DNA of 62,540 nt from an uncultured Victivallales bacterium (GCA_964598575.1 CAZRCN010000001.1:1-62540), one strand, 5' to 3'; counted from the stretch's first letter, positions 28,109-38,407 are shown. A program made the numbers and translations. Notes: generated by a model from the sequence alone, not told the origin.

Positions 28109-29647
28109 CTATTGCATGGCCTCGCGCAACACAGCCGGCAGACGATTCGGACGCACCGCATCGTAGCAGGCCAGTCGCGTGAACCGACGCATCGAAGCCG
28201 GCAAACCCACAGCCGTGAAGTGCGGGTGTCCCGTTGCCGGGAACGGACCGCCATGATTCATGGCCGGACTCACCGCGACGCCCGTCGGCATCTTGTCGTT
28301 CAACAGACGCCCTACCAAGGGCCGCAGCACCTTGGCCACCGGGTCGTACTGCGCATCATCGCGACCATCCTTGGCCGAGTAGATGCAGCCCGTCAGATTG
28401 CCCTCGCACGCTCTAAGCAAGGCTGGTATATCTTCCACACACTTCACCACTACAGCCAGAATGGCATTGCCGAACGCCTCGGTCTGCAAGGCCTCAGCCG
28501 CTTTGGCAAACTGCGCCCCCTCTACTCGCAACAGGGTATTCGACCAGGCATAGCCTGCCCGATCTGCCGGCTTTGCGCCTGTCACCGCAACCGCACCGGC
28601 TGACAGTAACGTTTCGATCCCCTGGCACAAGCCCTGCTGGGTCCCCTTGCCCAGCAACGTCCCGCAGGGCGCCGCATCAAACTTGGCTGCCATCGCCTGC
28701 AGGAACGCCTCCGTATCTTCTCCCTGCACCAGAAACACCAACCCGGGATTTGTGCAGAACTGACCGGTTCCCATCAGGGCGCTCGTTACATACTCTTCCA
28801 CCACTTCTTCAGCACGCTCCGCCAGCGCCCCCGGTAGAATGACAACCGGATTCACGCTCGACATCTCCAGAAACACCGGCTTGCCCACCGCATCAGCCGC
28901 ACGCTTCAGTGCCATGCCTGCCGCTTTAGACCCCGTAAACGATGCAGATCCCAGCCGTGGATCGGCCACGAGCCGCTCGCCATCCGCACGCCGCATCCCG
29001 AACAGCAGTTGCACCGTGCTCGCGGGCATACCCGTTTCTTCCGCAGCCAGCCGCGCCTGCTCTGCCAGCATACGGCAAGTGCCCGGGTGGCTGGAATGCG
29101 CTTTGGCAATTACCGGACACCCGGCTGCTATTGCCGCCGCAAAATCGCCGCCGGATGCGCCATTGAAGGCCAGCGGAAAGTTATTCGGTCCGAAGACCGC
29201 CACCGGCCCCAAGGGTTCCAGGATCGAACAGATATCAGCATCCCGATCGATAGTCGGCAAACGCCATGCCGGGTCCCGTGTTGCCGCAGCGGCTTTACGA
29301 AGCTGGCCCGTGGTTCGCGGCATCTCGACGTCTTTCAGTCGCGGCGAAACCGGGTAGCCGGTTTCCATCGATGCCTGCTCGCAGATGGCATCAGAGGCAG
29401 CATCCAACCGATCCGCATACGCCTCCAGAAAAGCGGCTATCTTCTCGGTCGGCATCGATTGCATCGCATCAAATGCCTGTACCGCCGCATCCAATGCCGC
29501 ATCCAGGTCGGACCAATCACTTTTCGGATACTGCGCTTCCAGCGTTTCCCCCGTAGCGGGATTTTCCGCTTGAAACGAATCAAACGTTTGGGCCTGCCGC
29601 CATTCTCCCCCGATCAAAACCGGTGTTAACCTACCTGCTTCCATCAT
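28109..29647 (-). CDS. NADP-dependent aldehyde dehydrogenase, alpha-ketoglutarate semialdehyde dehydrogenase-like
   Basis: ALDH fold with FGPNNFPLAF, AKAHSSHPGT, LEMSSVNP, GQFCTNPG. The length and N-terminus (LIGGEW..) resemble KGSADH-type enzymes. Confidence 0.6.
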   Translation of the reverse strand: MMEAGRLTPVLIGGEWRQAQTFDSFQAENPATGETLEAQYPKSDWSDLDAALDAAVQAFDAMQSMPTEKIAAFLEAYADRLDAASDAICEQASMETGYPVSPRLKDVEMPRTTGQLRKAAAATRDPAWRLPTIDRDADICSILEPLGPVAVFGPNNFPLAFNGASGGDFAAAIAAGCPVIAKAHSSHPGTCRMLAEQARLAAEETGMPASTVQLLFGMRRADGERLVADPRLGSASFTGSKAAGMALKRAADAVGKPVFLEMSSVNPVVILPGALAERAEEVVEEYVTSALMGTGQFCTNPGLVFLVQGEDTEAFLQAMAAKFDAAPCGTLLGKGTQQGLCQGIETLLSAGAVAVTGAKPADRAGYAWSNTLLRVEGAQFAKAAEALQTEAFGNAILAVVVKCVEDIPALLRACEGNLTGCIYSAKDGRDDAQYDPVAKVLRPLVGRLLNDKMPTGVAVSPAMNHGGPFPATGHPHFTAVGLPASMRRFTRLACYDAVRPNRLPAVLREAMQ

Positions 29648-29819
29648 GTAACCTTTCTTTTCTGCCTAACCCCCATTCGCAACAACCGCGCAGCATTGCT
29701 AGCGATCACGCAAAGGGGCACAGCGATTCACAGCCTTTGGATGCTCGTCTGCCTACATCCCACACGAGCCCGACTACGGTAGCATAGCCGCTGCACGGAA
29801 ACAAACCCGTTATTCCATG

Positions 29820-31823
29820 CTACGTTGCGCCGGATCCCCCCAAGGACTTTTGCACCTGACTGCCTGCCCGCACAAAAACCGGGATGTGCTCCAAGGGCGC
29901 TTCCACCTCGACCCACTCACCCCCTGAATGCGTCGTGCCGCTCCAGGCTTCCCGCCAGGAAAGGCCCTTCGGCAGATACACGCGCCTCTGGCGCTGCCCC
30001 GCCTCTACCACCGGTGCCACCAATACATCCGGACCGAACAGATAGGCATCCTCTATGTCCCAGCAAACCGCATCTTGCGGGAAATCCACAAACAAGGGCC
30101 GCATGGGGGGGACACCTGTTTGAGTTGCCACCTCCATCTGCGCCATAATGTAAGGCTTTAAGCGCTCCCGTAGCCGGATCTGCTCGCTGAGAATGTCACA
30201 AACCTCTTCCCCATATGACCATACCTCATTGGGTACATTGGGGTGATTGGGATCTGCTTTCCCAGGATCCTCTGCGGGTTTGGTTGCCTGTTTTCGAACA
30301 CCATGCAACCGCATGATCGGGCAGAACACGCCATACTGGAACCAACGAATCAAGAGCTCATGGAAAGCAGGATCGTCAATATCGCCCCCATGAAAACCAC
30401 CAATATCGGTTGTCCAGTACGGGATCCCGCTCAGCCCGATATTCAGGCCACCCGCAATTTGCCGGCGGAGCGAATCGAAGGTTGAGGGGATATCGGCCGA
30501 CCAGACGGCCGAACCAAAGCGCTGGCTCCCAACCCAGGCGGAGCGCCCCAGTGTGAGGGGGGCCGTCTCCCCTTCCGCGATAAGCCCTTCATAAAAGGCC
30601 TGCTGATGGCAACGCGGATACAGTCCCGCAACTTCACGGCCATTCCCGAGATAGAACCGCGTGTTGTCGAATTCCAACGGAATCAGTTCCGGCTCCATCG
30701 TATCGAGCCAGAACAGGCGAATGCCATGCTCGACATAGCCCTTCCGGATCTGTTCCCACAGGAACGTCCGTGCTTCCGGGTGCGTAGCATCATAAAACGA
30801 TTGCACACTGGCACCGTTCTGCAGCGGCATCCCCCGCTCATTGCGCAGGAGCAAGCCTTGCTCTTGCATCTGGGAAAAGTTTGCACAGGACCAATCCACG
30901 GTAGGCCAAACCGAAACCATGCACGCCATACCCATTTGCTTGAGTTCACGTACCATCGCCGATGGATCAGGCCAGCAGGTCGGATCGAAAGACCAGTCCC
31001 CCATTTTTGACCAATGATGAAAATCGATGACCATGACAGAGACAGGCAACTTCCGGCGGTGGTATTCGCGGGCAACCTCAAGCAGTTCTTTCTGCGTCTT
31101 GTAGCGCAACTTGCACTGCCAGAAGCCTGCCGCCCACTCGGGGAACGCACTGGGGAACCCTGTCACCTCCGCGTAGCGCTGTAGCAGCTCAGCCGGGCTA
31201 TCTTCCTGCACAACATAATAATCCAGTTGGTGGGCGGCATCGGCAACCCAGCGCGTGTCATTACGCCCCAGCTCCACGCGTCCCAACCCCGGATGATTCC
31301 ACAAAAAACCATATCCCTTGTTCGATACCATGAACGGTATGGATACTTCCGTGTTCCGATGCATCAAGTCCAGCGCACAACCTTTCTGGTTGAGAAAGCC
31401 GTGCTGGCGTTGCCCCAACCCGTACAGCTTTTCGGCCTCATCAGCCAAGAATCGCTGTGCAATCCGCCAAGTGGCCCCCTCCGGCGCAAAGGTTCGGGCA
31501 TAATGCTCCGAAGTCCCCTTGAGCGGCTCCTGTAGCAGGACCCGTCCATCTGCCGTGCGCGTAAAGGTCAGTCGACCTTGTATCCGATCCAACGTCACCG
31601 TCAACGAGCCATGCACCAGCTTCGCCCCCCCTGACGGGAAGGTAACATCTGCTTCTCCGGCGGCTGGCGGTTCTGCCAACAGCCCCTGCGGCACATCCCG
31701 AAAATCGGCATTTCGCGTCACCCGTACCCGGACGCCATTATGCCCCCAGGGTATCACCCATACCTGCTCATGCCGTCGCTGCCATAAAAATCCGCCATCA
31801 CACGCTACGCTGAACTCTTTCAC
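29820..31823 (-). CDS. Glycoside hydrolase family 31 (alpha-xylosidase/alpha-glucosidase-like)
   Basis: GYGFLWNHPG, VMVIDFHHW, nucleophile region FWLDTMEPE, WSADI, RLHG. The GTG start overlaps the upstream stop as GTGA, with GGGGAGGAAAT upstream. Confidence 0.8.
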   Translation of the reverse strand: MKEFSVACDGGFLWQRRHEQVWVIPWGHNGVRVRVTRNADFRDVPQGLLAEPPAAGEADVTFPSGGAKLVHGSLTVTLDRIQGRLTFTRTADGRVLLQEPLKGTSEHYARTFAPEGATWRIAQRFLADEAEKLYGLGQRQHGFLNQKGCALDLMHRNTEVSIPFMVSNKGYGFLWNHPGLGRVELGRNDTRWVADAAHQLDYYVVQEDSPAELLQRYAEVTGFPSAFPEWAAGFWQCKLRYKTQKELLEVAREYHRRKLPVSVMVIDFHHWSKMGDWSFDPTCWPDPSAMVRELKQMGMACMVSVWPTVDWSCANFSQMQEQGLLLRNERGMPLQNGASVQSFYDATHPEARTFLWEQIRKGYVEHGIRLFWLDTMEPELIPLEFDNTRFYLGNGREVAGLYPRCHQQAFYEGLIAEGETAPLTLGRSAWVGSQRFGSAVWSADIPSTFDSLRRQIAGGLNIGLSGIPYWTTDIGGFHGGDIDDPAFHELLIRWFQYGVFCPIMRLHGVRKQATKPAEDPGKADPNHPNVPNEVWSYGEEVCDILSEQIRLRERLKPYIMAQMEVATQTGVPPMRPLFVDFPQDAVCWDIEDAYLFGPDVLVAPVVEAGQRQRRVYLPKGLSWREAWSGTTHSGGEWVEVEAPLEHIPVFVRAGSQVQKSLGGSGAT

Positions 31824-33274
31824 ATTTCCTCCCCTTCGACTGCCGTTGCCGGCTCCGTCTCCTGTTCACGTTCTTCCACAAAGATATATACGGTTCCATG
31901 CGTATCCATGGCCGGTCGCAGAAAGGCCAGCAACGACCCATACCGCATGTCAGGATCCGCCGAAACCAACAGCACCTTGGGGGCGGCGGACTTGCCTGCC
32001 GCTTCGCGCTGCTGCGCATGTATATCGAGCCGTTCCCGCACATCCGCAGGCGTTGCCACCGCATGCTGATGGACGTCAAAGCGCGGTCGCAGGGCATCCT
32101 CTTCCCAAATCTCTTCGTGCCAGACCATGTCCCCAGCCACGCCATCGTCGCCAGACCGCAAGTATAACTCCCACGGCTGGCTCGGTCGCTTCTCGCGTTC
32201 CGCCCAGGATGGATCCGGCAAAAAGGCGCGATAGTATAGCTGCCCCTCGGGCGGCGGCTCCACCTGAATCATACCCATCATCTCCAGCACCGCAAGCTGC
32301 CGACAAACCTCCGAGGCGGTTGCCAAGGGCACTTCCTTGCCCATATCCAATTGGAGATACCGCGCCACCCGATCCTCCTTTGCATCGAAAAACGGCTGCA
32401 TCACGGCCGCAAAGGCAGTCTGCCCCTCATCCAGCGGTTCACCCTTCTCATGTAGCTGGTACAGCAGATTCGTTCCCGTCGTAGCGGTGATGGCCAGGCG
32501 CAACTTCCGCGGCGGCGGGCGCCCCTGCTCTTCAGCCGGCTCCATCATGATGGAAACAAGTTCCCCGCCAGGCAGGGTTTCTTCCGGATTCACAATCTGG
32601 TTGCCAAACGCTTCTCCCTGGCTCACCTGGCGTGGCACATCCAGTACGGCACCTGGCTGGTTAAAGATCGAAGCTACCGAGCGCGGGTCATATTCGTCTG
32701 CCACATAGATCATATCGCCATCTGGCCCCTGCGTGCGAATGGAGCCCGTAAACACGTACCCATCTTCCGGCAAGGTATCTTCCGCCTCCACATCCCATAC
32801 CAGACGCTCAATCGGGAATGTTTCTTCGCTGCCTTCGGGCTGGACCTCCAGTAGCACACGATCCCCCGTTGGAAAAAAACGCAGCGCCTGCGGGTTGTAC
32901 GGGTCCCCGGGCTGCAAGCCAATAAATTCCAGTGCCTCGTGCACATGACTGGGTTTGGCATACGACCACAGCAACGCTTCATAACCGTGACTACTACCAG
33001 TATCAATCAACAGGAACTCAATCGCCTCGGAAGGGGAAAGCCCTGTACTCTCGGCACGGACTTCCACCCGGCGATCCGAACGATCCGCAACCAACCCCGG
33101 CAACAATAGAACGTCTGGGTTCTCGCCGTATTGCTTCTGGTTCTGCTCATCCCACGCGCGCACGTCCTCCTCGCGGGACGGACGCGGACCGTAGATTTCC
33201 TCTTCTTCCATGGCCCGGACCGCACCCACTGCCAGCAGTACCACACCCAAAGAAACACCTATGTACTTCATCAT
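31820..33274 (-). CDS. Secreted protein of unknown function
   Basis: ATGATG at 33274 follows AGGAAGGGTGA. Signal peptide MMKYIGVSLGVVLLAVGAVRA. Translationally coupled to the GH31 gene. No family recognised by eye. Confidence 0.55.
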   Translation of the reverse strand: MMKYIGVSLGVVLLAVGAVRAMEEEEIYGPRPSREEDVRAWDEQNQKQYGENPDVLLLPGLVADRSDRRVEVRAESTGLSPSEAIEFLLIDTGSSHGYEALLWSYAKPSHVHEALEFIGLQPGDPYNPQALRFFPTGDRVLLEVQPEGSEETFPIERLVWDVEAEDTLPEDGYVFTGSIRTQGPDGDMIYVADEYDPRSVASIFNQPGAVLDVPRQVSQGEAFGNQIVNPEETLPGGELVSIMMEPAEEQGRPPPRKLRLAITATTGTNLLYQLHEKGEPLDEGQTAFAAVMQPFFDAKEDRVARYLQLDMGKEVPLATASEVCRQLAVLEMMGMIQVEPPPEGQLYYRAFLPDPSWAEREKRPSQPWELYLRSGDDGVAGDMVWHEEIWEEDALRPRFDVHQHAVATPADVRERLDIHAQQREAAGKSAAPKVLLVSADPDMRYGSLLAFLRPAMDTHGTVYIFVEEREQETEPATAVEGEEM

Positions 33275-33381
33275 ATCATCACCCTTCCTGTCTAGGTATG
33301 TAAACCCTCTGCCGGTTGTTTCTCCCGGAAGGGCTTTGTCTCCGTATCCCTTTACCATGGCCCGCGGCAGGGTATGCCGTG

Positions 33382-35274
33382 CTAGGCCAATTTCAGGCGC
33401 GGCAGCAGCCGTATCTGCCGCCGGTAGTCCTTACCCCGTTGCACATCTATCAAATACCCGCGGTCGGCACGCCGCACACCAAGCTTCAGGGCCGAACGAC
33501 CCGGATGAAGCGCAGTAACATGCAGATTGTCCGGGGCCGATTCCTTGCCCATCCAACGAAAGATCGTTGTCCGAGGCACCTGCGGTTGCGACGGCATGCC
33601 AAGAGACGTCTGCAACATGCCGCCCCCGAGCGACGCAAAACGCATCTGCATGCGTTCTTTCCCTGCCGTCAGCGCAACACCATGGCGCTGGCAGCGACTC
33701 TCCGCCGATGTATGAAAACGCGACTCCAGCCAGTGGCGCTCCACCTCCCTTGCTGCCAGAACCTGGTCCACAACCAGCCAATAGCTGTTTTCCACCTGCA
33801 ACACGAGACGCCCGATAAAGACATCCTTCCAGCGCGGCAGGATCGTCCCCGTTGCGTCAATCCGCACCCCAAGCAGGCCATCCCCGCGAACGGCCTCGGT
33901 CTTCTTGCAGCTCACATTCTCCGCACAGCCCAGTCCATCCACAAAAATCGTACTCTTGGATGCGCTACTACGGCCATACAGATCAGAGCCACGCCTGGTA
34001 AAGGTACTGGGCATATACCCGCCGTCCTGCTGATCCGTAATCATGAGCGCTCCCTGGACCCGGCAGCGGATGCTAAGCAGGTCAATCATGCCATGACCGG
34101 CAACCTCGCTGGACCCGCCCCGTACGGCCATCCGCAGACGGGGCATGGCACTATCATCCGCCAATGCCGCCCAACCCATGTTACGGTAGATGCGAACTAC
34201 CGGATCCGGTTGCTTCGCATGTTGGGCACGCAGCCGCTGGATTTGCGCCTCCGTTGGAAGGGCATCGGCGGCATACAGCAGCCCACCATTTTCGCCACGC
34301 CGTCGCTTCTGTGGCTTGCGGGGCAACGGCTGATCCCCCGACAAATACAGCGAGGCATGCAAGGCCGCCTCCGGTACCTTCAAGCGCTTTGCCAGAAGAA
34401 AAAAGAAAGCCGTGGGCCCCCAGCCATCATTGTCCCCGAAGCTGATTCCCGTAAAATCCAGCGGGAACAGCAGGGACTTCTTAAGCTGGCGAATCTTCAA
34501 GGCCGGGTGACGTTTGCCGAGCGCATGTTCCGAGCTCAGTACGTAGCGCATCGCATAATTCATCCCGTAATTCCAGTATCCGGTTCCTTCCGGACAACCA
34601 CCATCATTCTCGACATACGACTGGAAATACGGGGCGAGCGATTGCTCCACAAACGGCAGCAGTTTCCGGGCTTCCGGCTTTTCGTCGCACACCGCCAATG
34701 CCAGTATGCCCATCCCGCCAGCGCATACGCCATTCCAATTCGACCAGGCCTTGTTGGCCCACCACGGCGGATGCTCCAGACAACGCAGCGCTGCCCGCAA
34801 CAAGAACCGATCCAGCACCGCAAAGAAAACCTTGCGCTCGTCTTCGGTCATGTCTGCATGAAAGATATCGTACAGGAATCCAACCGTTGCCGACAATTCC
34901 CCGTAGCTCAAGCAGAAGGGCAAAATCACATCCTCCGGGGTGGCACGGTTCGCCTCGCAACTGATTTGCTTCCATTGCGCCAATGCGGCCAAGTTGCGCA
35001 GCGCCGCCTTGCGGTACCGCATGTCTCCCGACAGGGACCAGGCCGCCGCCAGACACTGCAAGCGCTGGTCAATCTGGCGCGTAAAGGGCTGATAGGTTGC
35101 TGCTAGTGCCTGCGACTCCCGGATCGGAGCGCTACGCACCAGCCGATCCGCCTCCTGCAGCGCCCGCCCCGCCAGATCCTGCAAATACGGACTATGAAGC
35201 TTTTGCGACAAATGTTCTACCACATCGGTCGGCACATATAACCGCGGATGCTGCTGCTTTTCTACCTTGTTCAT
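33382..35274 (-). CDS. Heparinase II/III-like (polysaccharide lyase-like) protein
   Basis: ATG at 35274. N-terminal alpha/alpha-toroid-like region with WWANKAWSNWNGVCAGGMG, GGCPEGTGYWNYG. C-terminal beta-rich region. No signal peptide seen. Confidence 0.55.
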   Translation of the reverse strand: MNKVEKQQHPRLYVPTDVVEHLSQKLHSPYLQDLAGRALQEADRLVRSAPIRESQALAATYQPFTRQIDQRLQCLAAAWSLSGDMRYRKAALRNLAALAQWKQISCEANRATPEDVILPFCLSYGELSATVGFLYDIFHADMTEDERKVFFAVLDRFLLRAALRCLEHPPWWANKAWSNWNGVCAGGMGILALAVCDEKPEARKLLPFVEQSLAPYFQSYVENDGGCPEGTGYWNYGMNYAMRYVLSSEHALGKRHPALKIRQLKKSLLFPLDFTGISFGDNDGWGPTAFFFLLAKRLKVPEAALHASLYLSGDQPLPRKPQKRRRGENGGLLYAADALPTEAQIQRLRAQHAKQPDPVVRIYRNMGWAALADDSAMPRLRMAVRGGSSEVAGHGMIDLLSIRCRVQGALMITDQQDGGYMPSTFTRRGSDLYGRSSASKSTIFVDGLGCAENVSCKKTEAVRGDGLLGVRIDATGTILPRWKDVFIGRLVLQVENSYWLVVDQVLAAREVERHWLESRFHTSAESRCQRHGVALTAGKERMQMRFASLGGGMLQTSLGMPSQPQVPRTTIFRWMGKESAPDNLHVTALHPGRSALKLGVRRADRGYLIDVQRGKDYRRQIRLLPRLKLA

Positions 35275-35414
35275 CCTTTTACTCCTACCTTCACCGCACA
35301 ACGATTCCGAAACACCACCTGTTTCAGGTGTTCCGATGTGCACAATAGGGAATACTAGCAGCCCTGCAGCCTACCGAACAAGTGCATTCGTGCCTAATGA
35401 TGAGAAGCAGCATA

Positions 35415-36791
35415 TCAGAGCGGAAACGCGGAAGGCTGTTTCATCACGGCCTCGATTTCATCGATCTCGAATGGGGCGTCCCCCGTCAGGCGCTCACAGC
35501 CATCAGCCGTCACAACAATCGTATCCTCGACCCGGATATACTGATCCACATCCCGGCACCAGATCATGGGATCCAGCGCACAGACAAATCCCTCTCGCAG
35601 GGGCTCGGTTTTCCAATTGCGGTCCATGGCGTCATGCACGCTGAGGCCAACACCATGATTCAGATAACGGACCCCCGCCTCGATCATCTGCTCTAATCGT
35701 GGACGCATGTCCGCAAACGGGGCATTCTCCCCCTCGCAGAGCTTCCGCATACGGCGTGCAGCCTCCGCATAGATATCGGGGGCACACACACCGGGACGCA
35801 CAAGCGCAAGCAAGGTCTTATGATACGCCACAATGAACCCGTACATCCGACGATGCCAGGGACTGAACACCCCATTTACCGGCCATAAGCGCGCAATATC
35901 GCTGCTGTAATGCCGCAGATCCGGACCACAATCCATCAGTACGATCTCGTCCTCGCCCAGCAAGGCATTATTGAAGTGGTAATGTCCATCCATCGTGCGG
36001 GTTCCCCCGGCCACGATTACCCCGTACCCTGATCCACAATGCCCCTCGGCTCGAAAGATATACTCCGCAATCGCCTGCAACCGATTCTCGCACAGCCCCG
36101 GGCGTGTAGCCTTCATCGATTCGATCATGACCCGGGCCGACAACTGCCCCGCCTGGCGCATGACCGCAATCTCCGCCGGGCTCTTGATCGTTCGCATCGG
36201 GTTAATCAGCGGGCAGGCATCCTCGATGGTCATTGCAGGGTACCGCTCCTGCAACAACTGTATCAGCCGCTTGTGGCGCGGCTGCACCTGATCCCATTCA
36301 TCCGCGGCCCGCGTATTGGCACACGTGTTGGCCCCGAACTTGGTTGCACCGCCTCCCTCCACTTCCGCGTGCGGCATATAGGTGCAGCGCACTGCCGTTA
36401 ATGCTTCCCCCAATTGCGCCAGATCGCACACAGCATCAAACAATAGCCTCGAGCACAACAAGTCCGCATCCTCAAACCCCAAGCGACTGGAGGGCTCCCC
36501 ATCCATCGTATCACGGGATGGCAGGAACAGCGTACTGCGCCCTGTACCGCCCTCGATCAGGACAAACGCATGACAGCGAGTCAAACCACTGAAATAGTAA
36601 AAGTTGGCATCTTCCACCACCCGATCTTCCGGCACGGGCGGGGCTGACGGCAACAACACATGGGCATCCGGCCCGACTGCAGACGCAAGGCGCGCTCGCC
36701 GCTCCTGTAACTCTTCCCCCGAAAAATCCGGCGTGATACGTAAATCCCGTCCGCTTAGCCCGATCACTTTCTCCACTGGCAGCATATACAT
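35415..36791 (-). CDS. M24-family metallopeptidase (Xaa-Pro aminopeptidase/creatinase-like)
   Basis: ATG at 36791 follows GAGGAAGGGGGG. MDCGPDLRHYSSDIARLWPV, HGVGLSVHD, and an E..E metal-ligand region near the C-terminus. Confidence 0.7.
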   Translation of the reverse strand: MYMLPVEKVIGLSGRDLRITPDFSGEELQERRARLASAVGPDAHVLLPSAPPVPEDRVVEDANFYYFSGLTRCHAFVLIEGGTGRSTLFLPSRDTMDGEPSSRLGFEDADLLCSRLLFDAVCDLAQLGEALTAVRCTYMPHAEVEGGGATKFGANTCANTRAADEWDQVQPRHKRLIQLLQERYPAMTIEDACPLINPMRTIKSPAEIAVMRQAGQLSARVMIESMKATRPGLCENRLQAIAEYIFRAEGHCGSGYGVIVAGGTRTMDGHYHFNNALLGEDEIVLMDCGPDLRHYSSDIARLWPVNGVFSPWHRRMYGFIVAYHKTLLALVRPGVCAPDIYAEAARRMRKLCEGENAPFADMRPRLEQMIEAGVRYLNHGVGLSVHDAMDRNWKTEPLREGFVCALDPMIWCRDVDQYIRVEDTIVVTADGCERLTGDAPFEIDEIEAVMKQPSAFPL

Positions 36792-36861
36792 ACCCCCCTT
36801 CCTCGTCTGGTGTCCCCGGAACAATACCCCACTACTGCCTGATCGCAAAGCAAGGCCGGTG

Positions 36862-37599
36862 CTACTTCCGATCCGAGATTGTGCCCGTATCAATGTTCAA
36901 CTCGGACTTCAACTTGATATCGGTGATCTTTCCATCCACGAGATACACCACCCGGTCCGACGCTGCCAGCATTTTGTGGTCATGCGTCGCACTGATAATG
37001 GTCTTGCCCGCTTCGCGTTTGAAGCGGTCAAGCATCATGATAATCTCTTCCCCCGTCTTCAAGTCCAGATTGCCCGTGGGCTCGTCCGCCAGGATAATGT
37101 CCGGATCGTTGGCCATCGCACGCGCGATCGCTACCCGTTGCTGCTGTCCACCCGACAACTGCTCGGGGCGGTGATCATACCGTGCCCCCAGACCCACCAT
37201 ATCCAGCAACATACGCGCCCGTTTTGAGGCAACATCATCCTCTTCCCCCGCAAACGTCATCGGCAACATTACATTCTGCTCTGCCGTCATCACCTGGATC
37301 AGATTAAACGTCTGGAAAATAAATCCGACCTTGTGACAGCGAAGATACGCGATCTGGCGCGAATCCATCTGGCGCACATCGAATCCATCCATCAGGACCG
37401 CGCCTTCCGTTGGACGATCCAGCCCGCCAATCATGTTAAACAACGTACTTTTGCCAGAACCCGAGGGCCCCATGATGCTAAGATACTCCCCTCGCTTGAT
37501 GTCCAAGTCAACGCCGGCCAGGGCCCAGACCTCCTCTTCCCCCATCATATAGCGCCGCTTCACGCCCTTGGCTGATACAATCGTGTTGCTATCGGACAT
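36862..37599 (-). CDS. ABC transporter ATP-binding protein (MacB/LolD/FtsE-type), ATPase 2 of the operon
   Basis: ATG at 37599 follows GGAGGG and overlaps the upstream gene by 11 nt. GPSGSGKST, FQTFNL, LSGGQQQRVAIARA, ILADEPTGNLD, ATHD. Confidence 0.9.
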   Translation of the reverse strand: MSDSNTIVSAKGVKRRYMMGEEEVWALAGVDLDIKRGEYLSIMGPSGSGKSTLFNMIGGLDRPTEGAVLMDGFDVRQMDSRQIAYLRCHKVGFIFQTFNLIQVMTAEQNVMLPMTFAGEEDDVASKRARMLLDMVGLGARYDHRPEQLSGGQQQRVAIARAMANDPDIILADEPTGNLDLKTGEEIIMMLDRFKREAGKTIISATHDHKMLAASDRVVYLVDGKITDIKLKSELNIDTGTISDRK

Positions 37600-38395
37600 T
37601 GGTTTGTCCCTCCTGAATGTCAAGCTCATCGCGAGCCACATATCGCTCTATCATTCCATCTGTCAACCAGGCGATCCGGTCAGACACCGACAACATCTTG
37701 TAATCATGCGTGGCGCTGATCACCGTCACCCCTTCGTTTTTATTGATCTCCCGCAGCAGATCAATGATCTGACGCCCCGTGTGGCTGTCCAGATTCCCGG
37801 TCGGTTCATCCGCCAGGACAATGGCCGGATTATTCGCAAGTGCACGCGCTACCGCCACCCGCTGCTGCTGGCCCCCGGACATTTGCACCGGCTTATGCAG
37901 AATGCGTTCACCCAGCCCCACCTTCTTGAGCAGTGCCACAGCCCGGTCCTGCGCCTCGGTCTGGGCCACATCGGCAAACAGCATCGGCAACATCACGTTG
38001 TCCAGGGCTGTCGCCACCGGAATCAGATTGAACGTCTGGAAGATGTATCCGATCTTGTGGCAACGCAACCAAGCTAGCTCGAAGGTATTCAGCGCCGCTA
38101 TATCCACCTCATCAATAAAGACCTTGCCCGCATTCGGTTTATCCAGACCTCCAATGGCATTAAACAAGGTGCTTTTCCCGGAACCCGAAGGCCCCATGAT
38201 GGCCACATACTCGCCGCGTTGCACCTTGAAGTTTACCCCCTTCAGGGCATGCACGGTTTCATCGCCCATCTTGAAGGTACGCCGCACCCCCAATGCCCGC
38301 ACAATATTCGTGGCCATGAAGGACGCATTCTCATTCCCTTCGCGGGGAATGGCCACTTCCGCCCCGCCCGTCTGCTCTACTTCTTTTTCACTCAC
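37589..38395 (-). CDS. ABC transporter ATP-binding protein (MacB/LolD/FtsE-type), ATPase 1 of the operon
   Basis: GTG start 6 nt after GGGAGG. GPSGSGKST, FQTFNL, MSGGQQQRVAVARA, VLADEPTGNLD, ATHD. ~25-aa N-terminal extension. Confidence 0.9.
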   Translation of the reverse strand: MSEKEVEQTGGAEVAIPREGNENASFMATNIVRALGVRRTFKMGDETVHALKGVNFKVQRGEYVAIMGPSGSGKSTLFNAIGGLDKPNAGKVFIDEVDIAALNTFELAWLRCHKIGYIFQTFNLIPVATALDNVMLPMLFADVAQTEAQDRAVALLKKVGLGERILHKPVQMSGGQQQRVAVARALANNPAIVLADEPTGNLDSHTGRQIIDLLREINKNEGVTVISATHDYKMLSVSDRIAWLTDGMIERYVARDELDIQEGQTNVR

Positions 38396-38407
38396 CGGTG
38401 CCTCCCA

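Noticed and set aside
33316-35106. Very long ORFs on the strand opposite to confident genes. Examples: 33316..35106 (596 aa), 19134..20315 (393 aa), 5701..6663, 21750..22700, 25978..26700, 43 kb and 51430..52533.
   Set aside because: They lie antisense to genes with clear family motifs. Their composition is Arg/Pro/His/Gln-rich and low-complexity, typical of shadow frames in GC-rich DNA, and they show no recognisable motifs.
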